Assembly: GCA_951406725.2 (NCBI GenBank)
Contig: OX597821.1
Span: 97,216,001 to 97,280,000 of the forward strand
Length of the DNA: 64,000 nucleotides
Direction: 5' to 3'
DNA from: Octopus vulgaris
Taxonomy: Eukaryota
Below the pieces are notes generated by a model, which worked only from the letters and a program-made list of their open reading frames with translations, was not told the DNA's origin and ran no database searches. Each line of letters starts with the position of its first letter. Within the stretch, counting starts at the first letter, position 1. Shown in pieces: positions 24,287 through 38,099 of the stretch. A program made the translations under genes and the position numbers.

Positions 24287-25067
24287 ACGCGTGCATGTGT
24301 GTGTATGTGCATGTGTGCATGCATGCATCCACAAATATACATTCATCTGTTTATCTAGACTAGGAACCATGAGACCATTAAAAATTTTGCTTGTAATAGA
24401 TCAGCATCTCGGTCAGGAGGGATATTTTTCCTTGTTAGCTTAACCCTAAGAATCTGTAGCTAAGCATCTGGTTTGTCAGTCTTTCACACTTATATATCCA
24501 GTAGTAATTATACTACTACTAATACTACTATTACTGGTGGTGGTGGTGAGTGGAGTGCTGCTATTAATAATAGTAGCTGTGCTAGTGCTGGTGGTGCTTG
24601 GTGCTGTTGTTTGTAGTAGTGTAGAAAGTGGTTGTGCTGGCTTTGATTGTTGATTTAGCGATGGTGGTGAAGATGTCTGTAGAAATTGGTTGGTGGTGGA
24701 AGTGGCGATGGTAGTGGTGATGATTGTAGTGGTGGTAGTCTGCATGCTTGATGTGATGATAGGGGCTGAGGTGTCAGTACCAGAGTGGTGGTCATGTTTA
24801 TTGTGGTGGAGATGTCTACAGTAGTAGTAGTTGTAGTAGTCGTAGCGACAGTTGCAGTAGCGGTGGTGGTGAGTTAAATTTACTTTGACCTTCTCTATAT
24901 AGAAATTTTTACTTCCCTCCTTCTGACTAGATACCACTATTACAACTGTACTCATGTGTGTGTATGTGTGAAATATATATATATATATACACATACATAT
25001 ATATACACACATATACATCTTCATATATATATATATATATATACATATATATATGTATATACATATG

Positions 25068-25102
<35 letters not shown>

Positions 25103-25734
25103 GTACATACATACATACATACATACATACATACATACATACATACATACATACATACACACACATGCATGCACACATGTACACATGCACACACACACAC
25201 ACATTCTGTTCTTGCTAGACAGTAAGAAGTTCTCAGTTTATCTACATAAAACTGACACACCAACTCCTCCGAAGAAAATTATTTCAATAATATGCCTGAC
25301 ATATAAGAAGCACTACGTACATATATATATACAAATCAAACCTTTCATCCATCCTTATATGCATATATGTATGCACACATAACACCTGTATGTGTGTGGT
25401 TATACATATATGCATACATACAGACATACCTACATGTGTGTGTGTTAGCAAATATGAAAGGGAGATGATGGTGAGTGTAAAAGAAAAAGAGGTCGACAGC
25501 TACATGACAGTTGTTGGTAAGGAGATTGAATAGAAACAATATGACTGGAAGGACGATAGAAGAGAGAATTATTGATGAGAAACAGAGTGAGTGGCTAATG
25601 GTGAAGAGAGAGTGATATGCAGCTACATGATGGTTGGGTGCTGAATAAGGGAGTAAGGAAACATATCTACCACATGAACTACTTTATAAATCTAACCACA
25701 TGTGCCTAGTTATAAATGTTCTGCTTGAATCCAA

Positions 25735-26471
25735 ACAACAAAGAAATGAAATTTAAGAGTGGTCACATATTCAAAGTAAATGCAGATATGAACTGCAAGA
25801 TGCAGGACGTAATATACTGCATTACCTGCCACACACGCAAGGAGGATTATATAGGTGAAACTGGAAATTCTTTATGCCAACGTGCCAGAATTCACCACCA
25901 ACATGTCTGACAGGAGGAACTGCGCAAGATACCACTGAGTAAACACTTAAAGGAAAATTCAAGATCTTTCCCTTCTACAAATTTCTAAAGAATGACACCT
26001 CCTTCAGGAGGAATATGGAAAAATATTTCATAACTAAGTTCTCCCCCAAATTGAATGGCTGAAAATATCTCTATAATAAGCTGTACCAGATGAAGGACCA
26101 AATTTGAAAAGTAAACTGTATTAAACACACACACACACCGTTCTACACATATGTTTTGGTTGTTGAAAATACTACATTAAACAAAGGATATTCTAATATT
26201 TGAATGAAACCATTTTACTTTAATTTGTGGAACCAGTTGCTCCTGTATGATAAAACTTAATATTTATTTAGCTGTCAATCAGTGAGATATTAGACTAAAT
26301 CCATTGAAGATCAGACAACAGACTCAGTAGTTGTCAGTTTATATTCTGTCATCTGTAACTTCAACACAAGAAAGTCTCCTTTTCAGGTATGGACCTTATG
26401 AAATTTTGCTCATCATACATTGAAGGACAAATCTTTCAATTTATAATTTAACAAATATAGTGTAGCATTTA

Positions 26472-26513
<42 letters not shown>

Positions 26514-27246
26514 GTATAAATATCAACACAATTATTTCTTCTTCCTCTTTTTCTTCTTTCTTCCCTTCTCCAATGACACCCCCTCCAGACTCACAGGCAC
26601 CCCCCCACACACACACACACACATATACACCTTCACAAAACAGTAATAAAAAGAAATCTAGACAATTCTTCTTTGAAATGGCCGATTTCTAAAAAACAAA
26701 AACCATTTACAGTTGCAAAAAACTAAAAACAAAAGTGGCACTGAATACTTAACAACTTGACCATTCCTCCTTAAACACACACACACACTCACAAGACAAT
26801 GATAAAAAGGAAATATAATTTATGGTTTTCTTTCCCTCTCCTTTCTTCCTTTCCTTCTTCTTTTCTAACACCTCTTTCAGATACAAAAACACACACACAC
26901 ACACACACGCATACACACACACACACACACACATACACACACACATGCTCTCTCTCACTTTCTCCCCATTCATCACCCTCTTGTACTATCTTATATCCCT
27001 CCCCACCACTACACATTCAATAACACTATGAAATGGTCAAAACTTTTTCACAGGAACTTAGTTCGATTTGAAAACCCCACTAGAATGGGAGAAAGCGCTA
27101 ATATATGATATATGATATAAGTTATATGATGTATAAAAACATGTAATATACAAATAAATATCTGTAAATATAAAACCATCCGAATTTCTGAGTACCTCAT
27201 TTCTTCTAATATAAAATACCTGTACATCATCTCCAAACCTTCTAAT
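25735..27246 (+). mobile_element. PLE family 1, second copy (GIY-YIG relic + tail)
   Basis: MKFKSGHIFKVNADMNCKMQDVIYCITCHTRKEDYIGETG, near-identical to 1469-1963; premature TGA and small deletion; tail 26510-27246. Confidence 0.9.
27066..27102 (+). ncRNA. Putative U3-A8 hammerhead variant in PLE family 1 tail
   Basis: at TTGAAAA c-ccca-ctagaa-tggg-a GAA AGCGCT A at; helix II covaries with copy 1 (tcca/tgga); helix I very short. Confidence 0.4.
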
Positions 27247-27301
27247 ATATATATATATATATATACTCTTTTACTCTTATATATATATATATATATATAT
27301 A

Positions 27302-27710
27302 TACTCTTTCACTCTTTTACTTGTTTCAGTCATTTGACTGTGGCCATGCTGGAGCACCGTCTTTAGTCGATCAAATCGACCCCAGGACTTATTCTTTGTA
27401 AGCCCAGTACTTATTCTATCGGTCTCTTTTGCCGAACTGCTAAGTAACAGGGACATAAACACACCAGCATCGGTTGTCAAGCAATGCTAGTGGGACAAAC
27501 ACAGACGCACAAACACACACACGCATATATATATATATACATATATACGACGGGCTTCTTTCAGTTTCCGTCTACCAAATCCACTCACAAGGCTTTGGTC
27601 GTCCCGAGGCTATAGTAGAAGACACTTGCCCAAGGTGCCACACAGTGGGACTGAACCCTGAACCATGTGGTTGGTAGACAAGCTACTTACCACACAGCCA
27701 CTCCTGCGCC
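27302..27710 (-). mobile_element. SINE family A flanked by a 122-bp direct repeat
   Basis: 27125-27246 matches 27711-27832 with one mismatch. Confidence 0.92.
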
Positions 27711-27825
27711 TATGATGTATAAAAATATGTAATATACAAATAAATATCTGTAAATATAAAACCATCCGAATTTCTGAGTACCTCATTTCTTCTAATATAA
27801 AATACCTGTACATCATCTCCAAACC

Positions 27826-27877
<52 letters not shown>

Positions 27878-27878
<1 letters not shown>

Positions 27879-28251
27879 TAGCAGTATCGCCCGGCATTGC
27901 TCGGGTTTGTAAGGGAAATAACTATATAAGCATTTTTAGAGATGTAAAGTATAATAGCCATCTCAATATGGCTAACCACAAAGGTGGGGTGTTACTGTAG
28001 CTTTTTACGTTCTGAGATTTAATAATACATTTTTAGAGAGTTACATCCCTTATATATGCCAAAAATGAATTAAAAATGGGAAAAATTGATGGTAAATTTT
28101 TTTTTAAATCATAGACTCATCGTAGATGTGCGCTAATACCCAGAAGGGCTCGATATGAATCACAACTAACTGCACCGCAAAATGTGGGAGTAGTTAGGAA
28201 TCTAAATCGTAGAAGACAGACAGCACACAACCTTACTTTTATATATAAAGA
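27878..28251 (-). mobile_element. Non-autonomous Helitron
   Basis: 5' TCTTTATATATAAAAG, 3' hairpin + CTAG, A|T site. Confidence 0.85.
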
Positions 28252-28264
28252 TCATCATCATCAT

Positions 28265-28300
<36 letters not shown>

Positions 28301-28469
28301 TATTGTATTGTATTTTATTTTATTTATAGTAATATCACTTTTTCATTACTCACTGCTGCAACTTTCTTGCCAGACAATAAGAAGTTCCCATTATATCTCC
28401 ATAAAGCCTAAAAGTCTTTTAATATAACTGATTCACAAAAAGCACTTTACAGTTGTGGATGTACAGACA

Positions 28470-28506
<37 letters not shown>

Positions 28507-28919
28507 GATTCACTCACCTATACACACATATATATATATATATGTATATACATTTATATATATGCGCATAGATACAGAAATATATGCATATATACATACA
28601 AACATACTCACACATGCATAAAGACACACCCACTCACACACACACACATACACACACATACACACACACAAAGTCGCATACATATCTATGTGTGTGTATG
28701 TGTGTGTATAATCTGTGCTAGCATAAGAAAAACTGATGTATATTAAACAAATGAACGCACTTATAATTTTGCTTTGTGTGTGTGTATCTGTCTGTCTATT
28801 TGTGCGCATGTGTGTGTATCTGTCTGTCTATTTGTGCGCATGTGTGTGTATCTGTCTGTCTGTTTGTGTGTATGTGTGTGTGTAATTGTGTGTAGATATA
28901 TAATGAAGGTTAACATTAA

Positions 28920-29148
28920 GGCGGCGAACTGGCAGAAATGTTAGCACGCCAGGCGAAATGCTTAGCTGTATTTCGTCTGCCGTTACGTTCTGGGATCAAA
29001 TTCCGCCGAGGTCAACTTTGCCTTCATCCTTTCAGGGTCGATAAATTAAGTACCAGTTATGCACTGGAGTCGATGTAATCAACTTAATCCGTTTGTCTGT
29101 CCTTGTTTGTCCACTCTATGTTTAGCCCCTTGTGGGTAGTAAAGAAAT
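28920..29148 (+). mobile_element. SINE family B
   Basis: Full length; ~20-bp TSD atataatgaaggttaacatt. Confidence 0.92.
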
Positions 29149-29329
29149 ATATAATGAAGGTTAACATTTATTGAAAAGTCCAATGAACCAGGCCAGAACT
29201 TCGTACTCACTGTCAATACTCTTCTTGTTAAAGAATAATTAATATATACTCTACAAAAGGTATTGAGTAATCCTTCAGTTTAATGTAAAATTGTTTTTAT
29301 TATAATTTGACAGAAAAACAAGCAACAAT

Positions 29330-29594
29330 ATACACCACATGGTCTGGAAACTGAAACTGTGATCCCATAATCATGAGTGCAACACCCTAAACACTAGGCC
29401 ATGCATCTTCATGAGTGGGTTGGGATGTGCATGTTCCCTTACATACAGGTACCACTCATTTTTGCCAGCTGTGTGGACTGAAGCAACAGGAAATAAAGTG
29501 TCTTGCTCAAGGACACAAGGCATCGCCGAGAATTGAACTTACAATTTTACGATTGTAAGTGGAATATTCTAACCCCTGACCCACATGCCTTCAC
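29330..29594 (-). mobile_element. Old tRNA-derived SINE heads (family E)
   Basis: Minus strand gtgtccttgagcaagacactttatttc after degenerate A/B boxes; related relic at ~185-275. Confidence 0.5.
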
Positions 29595-29734
29595 AGCACA
29601 CACACATATATACACACACACATACATACATACATACATACACACACATACATACATACATACATACATACATACATACATACACACACATACATACATA
29701 CATATATACATCCATACATACATACATACATTCA

Positions 29735-29893
29735 TGATGATGGCCGGCCACTCGTGACCAAGGAAGACCATTGCCGACCTTCAGGAACATTGTGCGCTCT
29801 AGGACTAACTTATATTTTGCATTTGCAGCTCCGTTGGTGGCTAATGAGCCCTGCTCTTGACAAGCATACACGACTGCAAACATTGAAGACCAA
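29735..29893 (-). mobile_element. RTE LINE 3' end inside (CATA)n
   Basis: Near-identical to 62529-62683; encodes NVCSRVCLSRAGLISHQRSCKCKI*. Confidence 0.88.
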
Positions 29894-29903
29894 CATACAT
29901 ACA

Positions 29904-29937
<34 letters not shown>

Positions 29938-29964
29938 CATACATACATACATACAAATTTTTTA

Positions 29965-30780
29965 TCATCATGATCTGTTTTTCTATGCTTGCATGTGTTA
30001 GATGCATCATCTGCAATACAGCATCTCACCCAAAGTTCCTGGTTTGTTATCTTCAGTTTTATTCTTCCACTTTGTTCTCTGAGCACATCTTTATCCACCT
30101 GTAATCATCCATCTACATTACACATCTACACCACCAGCACAGTCTGCTCAATGCATGTGATTTCTCCTATGCCTAGTTTTTCTCTCAATTCTCCTGAACC
30201 TTGTTGTTCAGGCACTCGATCGACCATAATACATTTGAGGGATCATGCTCGTTTCATTTCTTTGCAGCCAGTGCACACCTTTTGCATTCAATGCCCCAGT
30301 CTTGCTACATGCAACAATACACTTTGCACACAATCATCATACAATCAATCTTTTGCTTAAAGAGTGAATCCTTCTGTTGTCAGCAGAGCTAAATGCTCTC
30401 TGAACTTTACTCCTGGCTACTATGCTTTCAGGTCACCTTGTACCTCTACTGATTTCATCGTTTCTGTATCAAAAGCTATCAAATACTTTTATGGAGTCTT
30501 TTGCATATTGGAAAGTAATTATTCCACTGGTGTTCTGACTACCAACTACTCCTGCACATCTGTTGCATACAAAATCTTTATTCACTTTCAGCCTACCTGT
30601 GATCCCACTCCTCATCTTGTGAAACTGTAGTTTACACAGAGTAAACTGTATTAAAAATTCTTCCTTACTGTTTTTCTGCATATCTATTACAGCCACTTTC
30701 TCAGATGGCAGCAGGTCCTGTTTTCTTTCCTACCTACTTACTAAAACTTCAGTCTTTACTAAGTTTACTCTAAGGCCTCA
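29965..30780 (-). mobile_element. Degenerate RTE-like LINE 3' half
   Basis: Fragments such as KMRSGITGRLKVNKDFVCNRCAG and VKFREHLALLT; (GAT)n-like tail. Confidence 0.5.
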
Positions 30781-30893
30781 TGATTTTTATATTTATATAA
30801 GTATATTAGTGCATGTATATATGATATGTACATACAATTCTCTATACTTATGTACATACATATATACAGACAGACAAACAAACTCACAAATAT

Positions 30894-30961
<68 letters not shown>

Positions 30962-31363
30962 ATAAACATGTATATCACTTAGTCAAGCATCTACTGAACG
31001 GTAAAGAGAGAAACAAGTACATCATATTTGTACTCAACAGTGAAAAAAGTAATATCATAAGATTAGGCAAAGAACTCCTAAAATAGAAACTCTGAGTGTA
31101 TTGCTGTCCCATGTGAACCAAGAGTAGTTGAACTAACCTACTTAAACAGAAATTTGGAGGAGAAACACTAAGCATATCAGCAGGATGTTATGTGTGCAGA
31201 TACATATCTCCCAGAAGCTAGAGGATACCAACAACATGGAGAAAGAAAGAAAGTAGCCTCTCCTGGACCCACAATAGATGCTTCACATGTCATTTCAAAG
31301 GCTGTGTGTTAGCTATCCAAGTACAGGAACTGCCTACTAAATATGTTTGATGAGAAGTTACAT

Positions 31364-31589
31364 CACTTTGATCACTTTGACCGACCAGTCCGACAGGCGT
31401 CCATTTGACACCGCTGGTCACAGCACGCTGTCCACTCCTCTCTGGATCGCGCCTTTCTCATCCACGTGATCCCAATCGTCCTCTTGTAATCGTCACTCCA
31501 CCGTCGTGGAGGCCTTCCGGGTGGTCTTTTCCACTCACGCGGGTAACACTCGACAACTGCGTGCGTCCACCGATTATCGATTATAATCG
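31364..31589 (-). mobile_element. Young 5'-truncated RTE-1-like LINE insertion
   Basis: DNRWTHAVVECYPREWKRPPGRPPRRWSDDYKRTIGITWMRKARSREEW; (CAAAGTGAT)2 tail; 12-bp TSD gagaagttacat. Confidence 0.88.
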
Positions 31590-32282
31590 GAGAAGTTACA
31601 TAGTGGTAGAAATTGTCAATTCAGCATTATGGAAAATATTCCACTCATCATTATCAGTTGCTGAAAAAAATATGTGAAATACTCCTTTCCCCATAAAATC
31701 ATATCGGGTGCAACCTTCAGAAAGAATTGTCCTGACAGTCAGTTAAAAAGCACTCAGAAACCAGAATCTATCCACACTACTGTTTTTATTGGAATGTTCA
31801 CTGAGGGAACATTCCAATAAAACAAAGACCCAGTTCAAACACATTTGGCCTGATCTCTTTCTAACAGACAGTGACCAAGCATCGTTCTCTATTACAGAGG
31901 TCAGCTATTGAGCAGATGTGAATGCCTCATCTACACCTGAGATTTGGATTTGTTTCAATTTTCACAAGTGAACTTATGCTACAAAACAGCAGATTTCCCC
32001 CCCCAAAAAAGCCTCCAAGTGAGATTCTCCAAGGAAGAAACAAAGGAAACTATCTCACAACCTTCTAATCCAATTCTCCTTTCTGTGTCTTTGAATGAAC
32101 ATATACACATAATCACATGTACAGATGGCATGCACACTGACACTTGCATAAAGAATAATGAAACACTAAAAAGAGTGATGTGCAAACTCATTTCAGGAGT
32201 GTAAGTATATCCATATATGCACTAGACACACAAACACACAAACACATGCACACATACACACACATAAACACTGATATATATA

Positions 32283-32457
32283 GGCGCAGGAGTGGCTGTG
32301 TGGTAAGTAGCTTGTTTACCAGCCACATGGTTCTGGGTTCAGTCCCACTGCGTGGCACCTTGGGCAAGTGTCTTCTACTATAGCCTCGGGCGAACCAAAG
32401 CCTTGTGAGTGGATTTGGTAGATGGAAACTGAAAGAAGCCCGTCGTATATATGTATG

Positions 32458-32490
<33 letters not shown>

Positions 32491-32700
32491 CTGTGTTTGT
32501 CCCCCTAGCATTGCTTGACAACCGATGCTGGTGTGTTTATGTCCCCGTATCTTTGCGGTTCGGCAAAAGAGACCGATAGAATAAGTACTGGGCTTACAAA
32601 AGAATAAGTCCCGGGTTCGAGTTGCTCAATTAAAGGCGGTGCTCCAGCATGGCCGCAGTCAAATGACTGAAACAAGTATAAGAGTAAAGAGAAAAGAGTA
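32283..32700 (+). mobile_element. SINE family A
   Basis: Homology to 8679-9118. Confidence 0.92.
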
Positions 32701-33094
32701 TATGTTTTCAATCTTAGGAATCGTCTTGACCAACAAAGAAGCTTTATCATTGTGTTGTGACCATTTTGAATGATGCGTAGAATAACAAATAAATCTCAAA
32801 GAAATACTATATATATACATATGTATACAAATGTGTGCAACTGAAAGGTTATGTCTGTGTATGTATATATGTGAATGTGTATATATGTGTATATGTATAT
32901 GTGCATTTAGATATACACACACACATATATTTACAAAACATATAAACATGCACATAACATTTTAAAATCATTTGAAAATCAGAGTTCAAGTTACATGCAC
33001 ACAGATTATACACATACATATATGTGTGCATGTGTGTGTGTATATACATATATATGTTTGACATCCCTTTGAAGGATTTCAGTTCTCACCTCTT

Positions 33095-33101
33095 TTATAT
33101 A

Positions 33102-33159
<58 letters not shown>

Positions 33160-33266
33160 AAGATATATACATATAAATACACTATGTACATACATACACA
33201 CACACACATATATATATATACACACATAAATATATATATGTATACATATATGCTTAAATATATATT

Positions 33267-33322
<56 letters not shown>

Positions 33323-33341
33323 TATAATATATACACACACC

Positions 33342-33423
<82 letters not shown>

Positions 33424-33436
33424 TACATACATACAC

Positions 33437-33504
<68 letters not shown>

Positions 33505-33915
33505 GCACACAGCAGTGTTTGTATGTAATAAGGGGTATTTTGAAATTAAGAATAAATATCCAAAAATAGATTCACCACAAAGATGTTAAAGCAGAAAGAG
33601 AAAAAATGGAAGCAGACAACAAACAAAAAGTGATAATAAAAACTGAAGAGCAAAAACGAAGAGGTTATAGAGCCAAACTAACAGATTGTAAAAGAGTGTG
33701 AACACACAGACCATTCTGTTGTGCAAGTCGGCGGCAGCCATAGGGAGAACTTCCAGCTGGCTGAAGACTAATTGAAACCAGCTTTAGAATTCTGATGTTG
33801 AACAGACATCTAAAGGCCAATGGAAATTATCATTCTTTTTCTCTCCCTTTCTTTCCATTTGTGTGTGTATGTTTGTGTGTGTCTGTATACATACATATAT
33901 ATATATAATCATATA

Positions 33916-33984
<69 letters not shown>

Positions 33985-34171
33985 TTATATATATAATCAT
34001 ATATATATGTATATATATATATATATATATATACATTTATATTTTTACGCAATACTTTGTTGAATATATACATTTATATATATAATCATATATATATGTA
34101 TATATATATATATATATATACATTTATATATATATATACACATTTATATATATATATACATATATATATAC

Positions 34172-34219
<48 letters not shown>

Positions 34220-34529
34220 ATATATATATATATATATAGATAGATAGATAGATAGATAGATATATACATATATATGCACACATGCATATACATACATACA
34301 TATATATACATACATATATACACATGTACTTACGTATATACATATACATATATATGTGTGTGTGTATGTATGTATGTATATGTACACACACTCACAGACA
34401 CAGGCTGTCTCTCATAAACACACATATGCACATACGTATATCTATGCATGCATGTGTAGAGGTATAGATATATACATACATATACATATATATATAGAGA
34501 GAGGTGTGTGTGTACATACTCAAATATGC

Positions 34530-34573
<44 letters not shown>

Positions 34574-34670
34574 ACATATATATGCATATATATGTATATA
34601 TATCAGTATATACTTATATATATATATATATATACATAACAGTATATACTTATATATGACTACATATATA
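33095..34670. repeat. Compound TA/CA/GA/GATA microsatellite field
   Basis: Direct inspection; source of poly-YI/TH pseudo-ORFs; contains one ~350-bp unique island. Confidence 0.9.
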
Positions 34671-34965
34671 TAATGTGTATGGATGCATGTTTGTAAATGT
34701 ATGCATACATGTGCGAGTGGCATTTAGATATTGCTATAGATATAGATATGTGCTAACCTATCCCAATATCTTCTGTGTTTAATCTCCTCATCTTGAGTTT
34801 TGTTTCAAACACAAACATCATTCTCTCTCCAAGTTCTTCCAAATTTCCTAAAATTAGTTCCTTTACAAATATATTCTATTCTAGAAATTGAACTTCCTTG
34901 TTTGTTATTCTATTTTCACCACCACTAAATCTGCATATGTGTGTTTACATACATACATACATACG

Positions 34966-35356
34966 TAGCTTGTTTACCAACCGCATGGTTCCGGGTTAAG
35001 TCCCACTGCGTGGCACCTTGGGCAAGTGTCTTCTACTATAGCCTCGGGCCGACCAAAGCCTTGTGAGTGGATTTGGTAGATAGAAACTGAAAAGAAGCCC
35101 GTCGTATATATGTATATATATATATATATATATATGCGCGTGTGTGTTTATCCCCCTAGCATTGCTTGACAACCGTGTTTATGTGTTGTGTGTTTATGTC
35201 CCCGTTACTTAGCGGTTCGGCAAAAGAGACCGATAGAATAAGTACTGGGCTTACAAAAAGAATAAGTCCCGTGGTCGAGTTGCTCGATTAAAGGCAGTGC
35301 TCCAGCATGGCCACAGTCAAATGACTGAAACAAGTAAAAGAGTAAAAGAGTAAAAG
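34966..35356 (+). mobile_element. SINE family A, slightly 5'-truncated
   Basis: Homology to 8679-9118. Confidence 0.9.
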
Positions 35357-35857
35357 CGATACATACATACATATGTACATATGCACACACATACATGTCT
35401 TTCATCTATCAGTTACTTATTTCATTCTTCAAACTATGGCCATGCTGGAGTACTGCCTTGAAGAATTCTAGTTGCATGAACTAGCCCCAGCGCTTATTCT
35501 TTGTCTGTCCTTGTTTGTCCCCTCTATGTTTAGCCATTTGTAGGCAATAAAAAAATAAGAAAGTTCGTAGGGACAGAGGAACCAAGTGTATGGATGGATG
35601 AATCGATGGATGGACGGATGGATGGACGGATGGATGGATGGATGGAGGCTACAAAAGTGTTGGGGGAAATGAGAGATGTAGAATGGGTGAACAGAGAAAG
35701 ACAATCCAGTACACACATACACACACACAATGGGCCTTCTTCAGCTTCCATCTGCGAAATCCACTCACAAGGTTTTGGTCAGCCCAAAGTTCCTTGCAGT
35801 GGGACTAAACCCAGAGCCATGTGGTTGGGAAGCTATCTTACATACACACACACACAT

Positions 35858-35914
<57 letters not shown>

Positions 35915-35915
<1 letters not shown>

Positions 35916-36109
35916 ATTTTGTATTTGGTTTGCAAGATTCTTTATGTGAATTCATGTGTTGAAGCATATTTTATTGTGTCCGAGGAGAGTCATTCTCTTT
36001 TAATGCCTTATTACTTAACACATTCACCAGTTCAATTTCTACTCATATCTTTATTTATTCTAAAATTTACATAGCATCCTGCAACCTTTTCAATAGTCAT
36101 TGACGCTGT

Positions 36110-36110
<1 letters not shown>
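35915..36110 (-). mobile_element. Family H2 element, single arm, in (TA)n
   Basis: Homology to 12102-12345. Confidence 0.65.
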
Positions 36111-36152
<42 letters not shown>

Positions 36153-36234
36153 CCCCCCCCCCTGGAGTGACCAGCTGGATTTGCCACTGCTAAAAGCCAA
36201 GAATCGGTTATTATTGACAGATTGACCAGCTGCA

Positions 36235-36617
36235 AAGATATCAACAAAAATTTTTTCTTCTTTCTCTCCTTCTTCCTTTCCTTCTTTTTCTTTAACAATC
36301 CCTTTTCAGATACAAAAACACACACTCACATGCTCTTTCTCACTTTTTCCCCATTACTCACCCTCTTGTATTATCTTATATATCTCTCCTCACCCCTACA
36401 CGCTCAATAATACTATAAAAAGAGTAAAAATTCCTGCAAAAGTTAGTTCAATTTGAAAACTCTACTAGAGTGGACAAAAGCGCTAATATATGATATATGA
36501 TTTATAAAAACATGTACCATAATAATAAATAACTGTAAATATAAAACCATCCAGATTTCTGAGTACCTCATTTCTTCTAATATATAATACCTGTACATCA
36601 TCTCTAAACCTTCTAAG
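36235..36617 (+). mobile_element. PLE family 1 tail, third copy
   Basis: Homology to 26850-27246; decayed hammerhead-like motif at 36451-36487. Confidence 0.8.
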
Positions 36618-37217
36618 ATATCATCTTTAGTAAAGGCGAAAGATTTATCCGCTCTGGGTGAGGAGATATATATATATATATATATATATACCTGGGTAGC
36701 AAATTCACGTCAGAAAAACACGGTTGAAGCTACATGCTAAGGGCAGAGATCACGTGCTTTCGTGTGGAAATTTGGCACACATACATACATACACATATAT
36801 ATAGAATAAAAAAACAGAAAAGTATAAATTTCACAGATTGATCATAACTAAATTGTGATCTGTGAAATTTTTGCTTTCCTGCCTTTTATTCTAAATATAC
36901 ATTTCTCCTGAGGATCATTATAGCCAATAATTTATACGTGCAAGCTTTTCCCATCTGGATTTACTGCAACATTATAATGGGTTAGAATTTAATGACCTAT
37001 TATTGAGGTTTTAATTACCAAGGGCATATATATTTCTTTTATGTTCTAACATCATCTCTTTATATATATATATAATATATGTATCCATACACTTATTCAT
37101 TCATACATACATATATGGACATACATACATACATACATACATGCATACATACATACATACATACATACATACATACATACATACATACATACATACATAC
37201 ATACATACATACATACA

Positions 37218-37249
<32 letters not shown>

Positions 37250-37483
37250 GTATGCCTGTATATATACATATTATATAAAATCCTTTCTACTATAGGTACA
37301 GGGTTTGAAATTTGGGGGAGGGCATAGTCAATTACATCGACCCCAGTACTCAACTGGCACTTATTTTATCGACTCCGTAAGGATGAAATGCAAAGTTGAC
37401 CATGATAGAATCTAAACTCAGAACATAAGGACAGACAAAATGCCACTAAGCATTTTGCCCAGCATGCTAACAATTCTGCCAGC

Positions 37484-37561
<78 letters not shown>

Positions 37562-38099
37562 TACACACACTGACTGACAGACAAACAGACAGATAGATAG
37601 ATATGTATATATTTACATACTTACATTCAGACTGCTTCACATTTGGCCAAAATTTTCTTGTCATTCACGTATAGCTTTTCTTCTAAAACCCTATCACAAT
37701 GTTATCATATGTGGGTGGGTGCATATTTTGTCCCCATAGCTGTGCCCTTTAGTTTTCAATATATTTTACCATCAAAGTTAAAAGTGTTCTCCTCTTGTAC
37801 AAGATGTGAGGCCTTGGTAATGAAATACATTTTGAAACGTTTGTTTATCTCCTCTCAAATGGATTTCATTACTAAGGCTGCACACCTAAGTTTCAAAAAT
37901 ATATCATTGAAAAGTAGAATAGCTTCTTTCAGTTTCTACAAACTAAATCTATCCGCAAGGCTTTGGTCTGCTGGGGCTATGGTAAATGACATTTGCCCAA
38001 CATGCTGTACTGTGGGACTGAGACTGAAACCACATGACCAGGAAGTAAGCTTCTTAACTACAAATTCATGCCCGCCTTTATGTATGTATGTATGTATAA

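Noticed and set aside
24476-24900. Thr/Ser-rich mucin-like ORF
   Set aside because: The Thr-rich register switches frame midway and the ORF starts in a microsatellite; best read as a decayed ACN repeat.
26290-26335. Minus-strand MTEYKL, resembling the Ras N-terminus
   Set aside because: Diverges after six residues, has no GxxxxGKS, and stops within 14 codons.
33755-33790. CTGAAGA...GAAAC hammerhead candidate
   Set aside because: Helices I-III cannot form.
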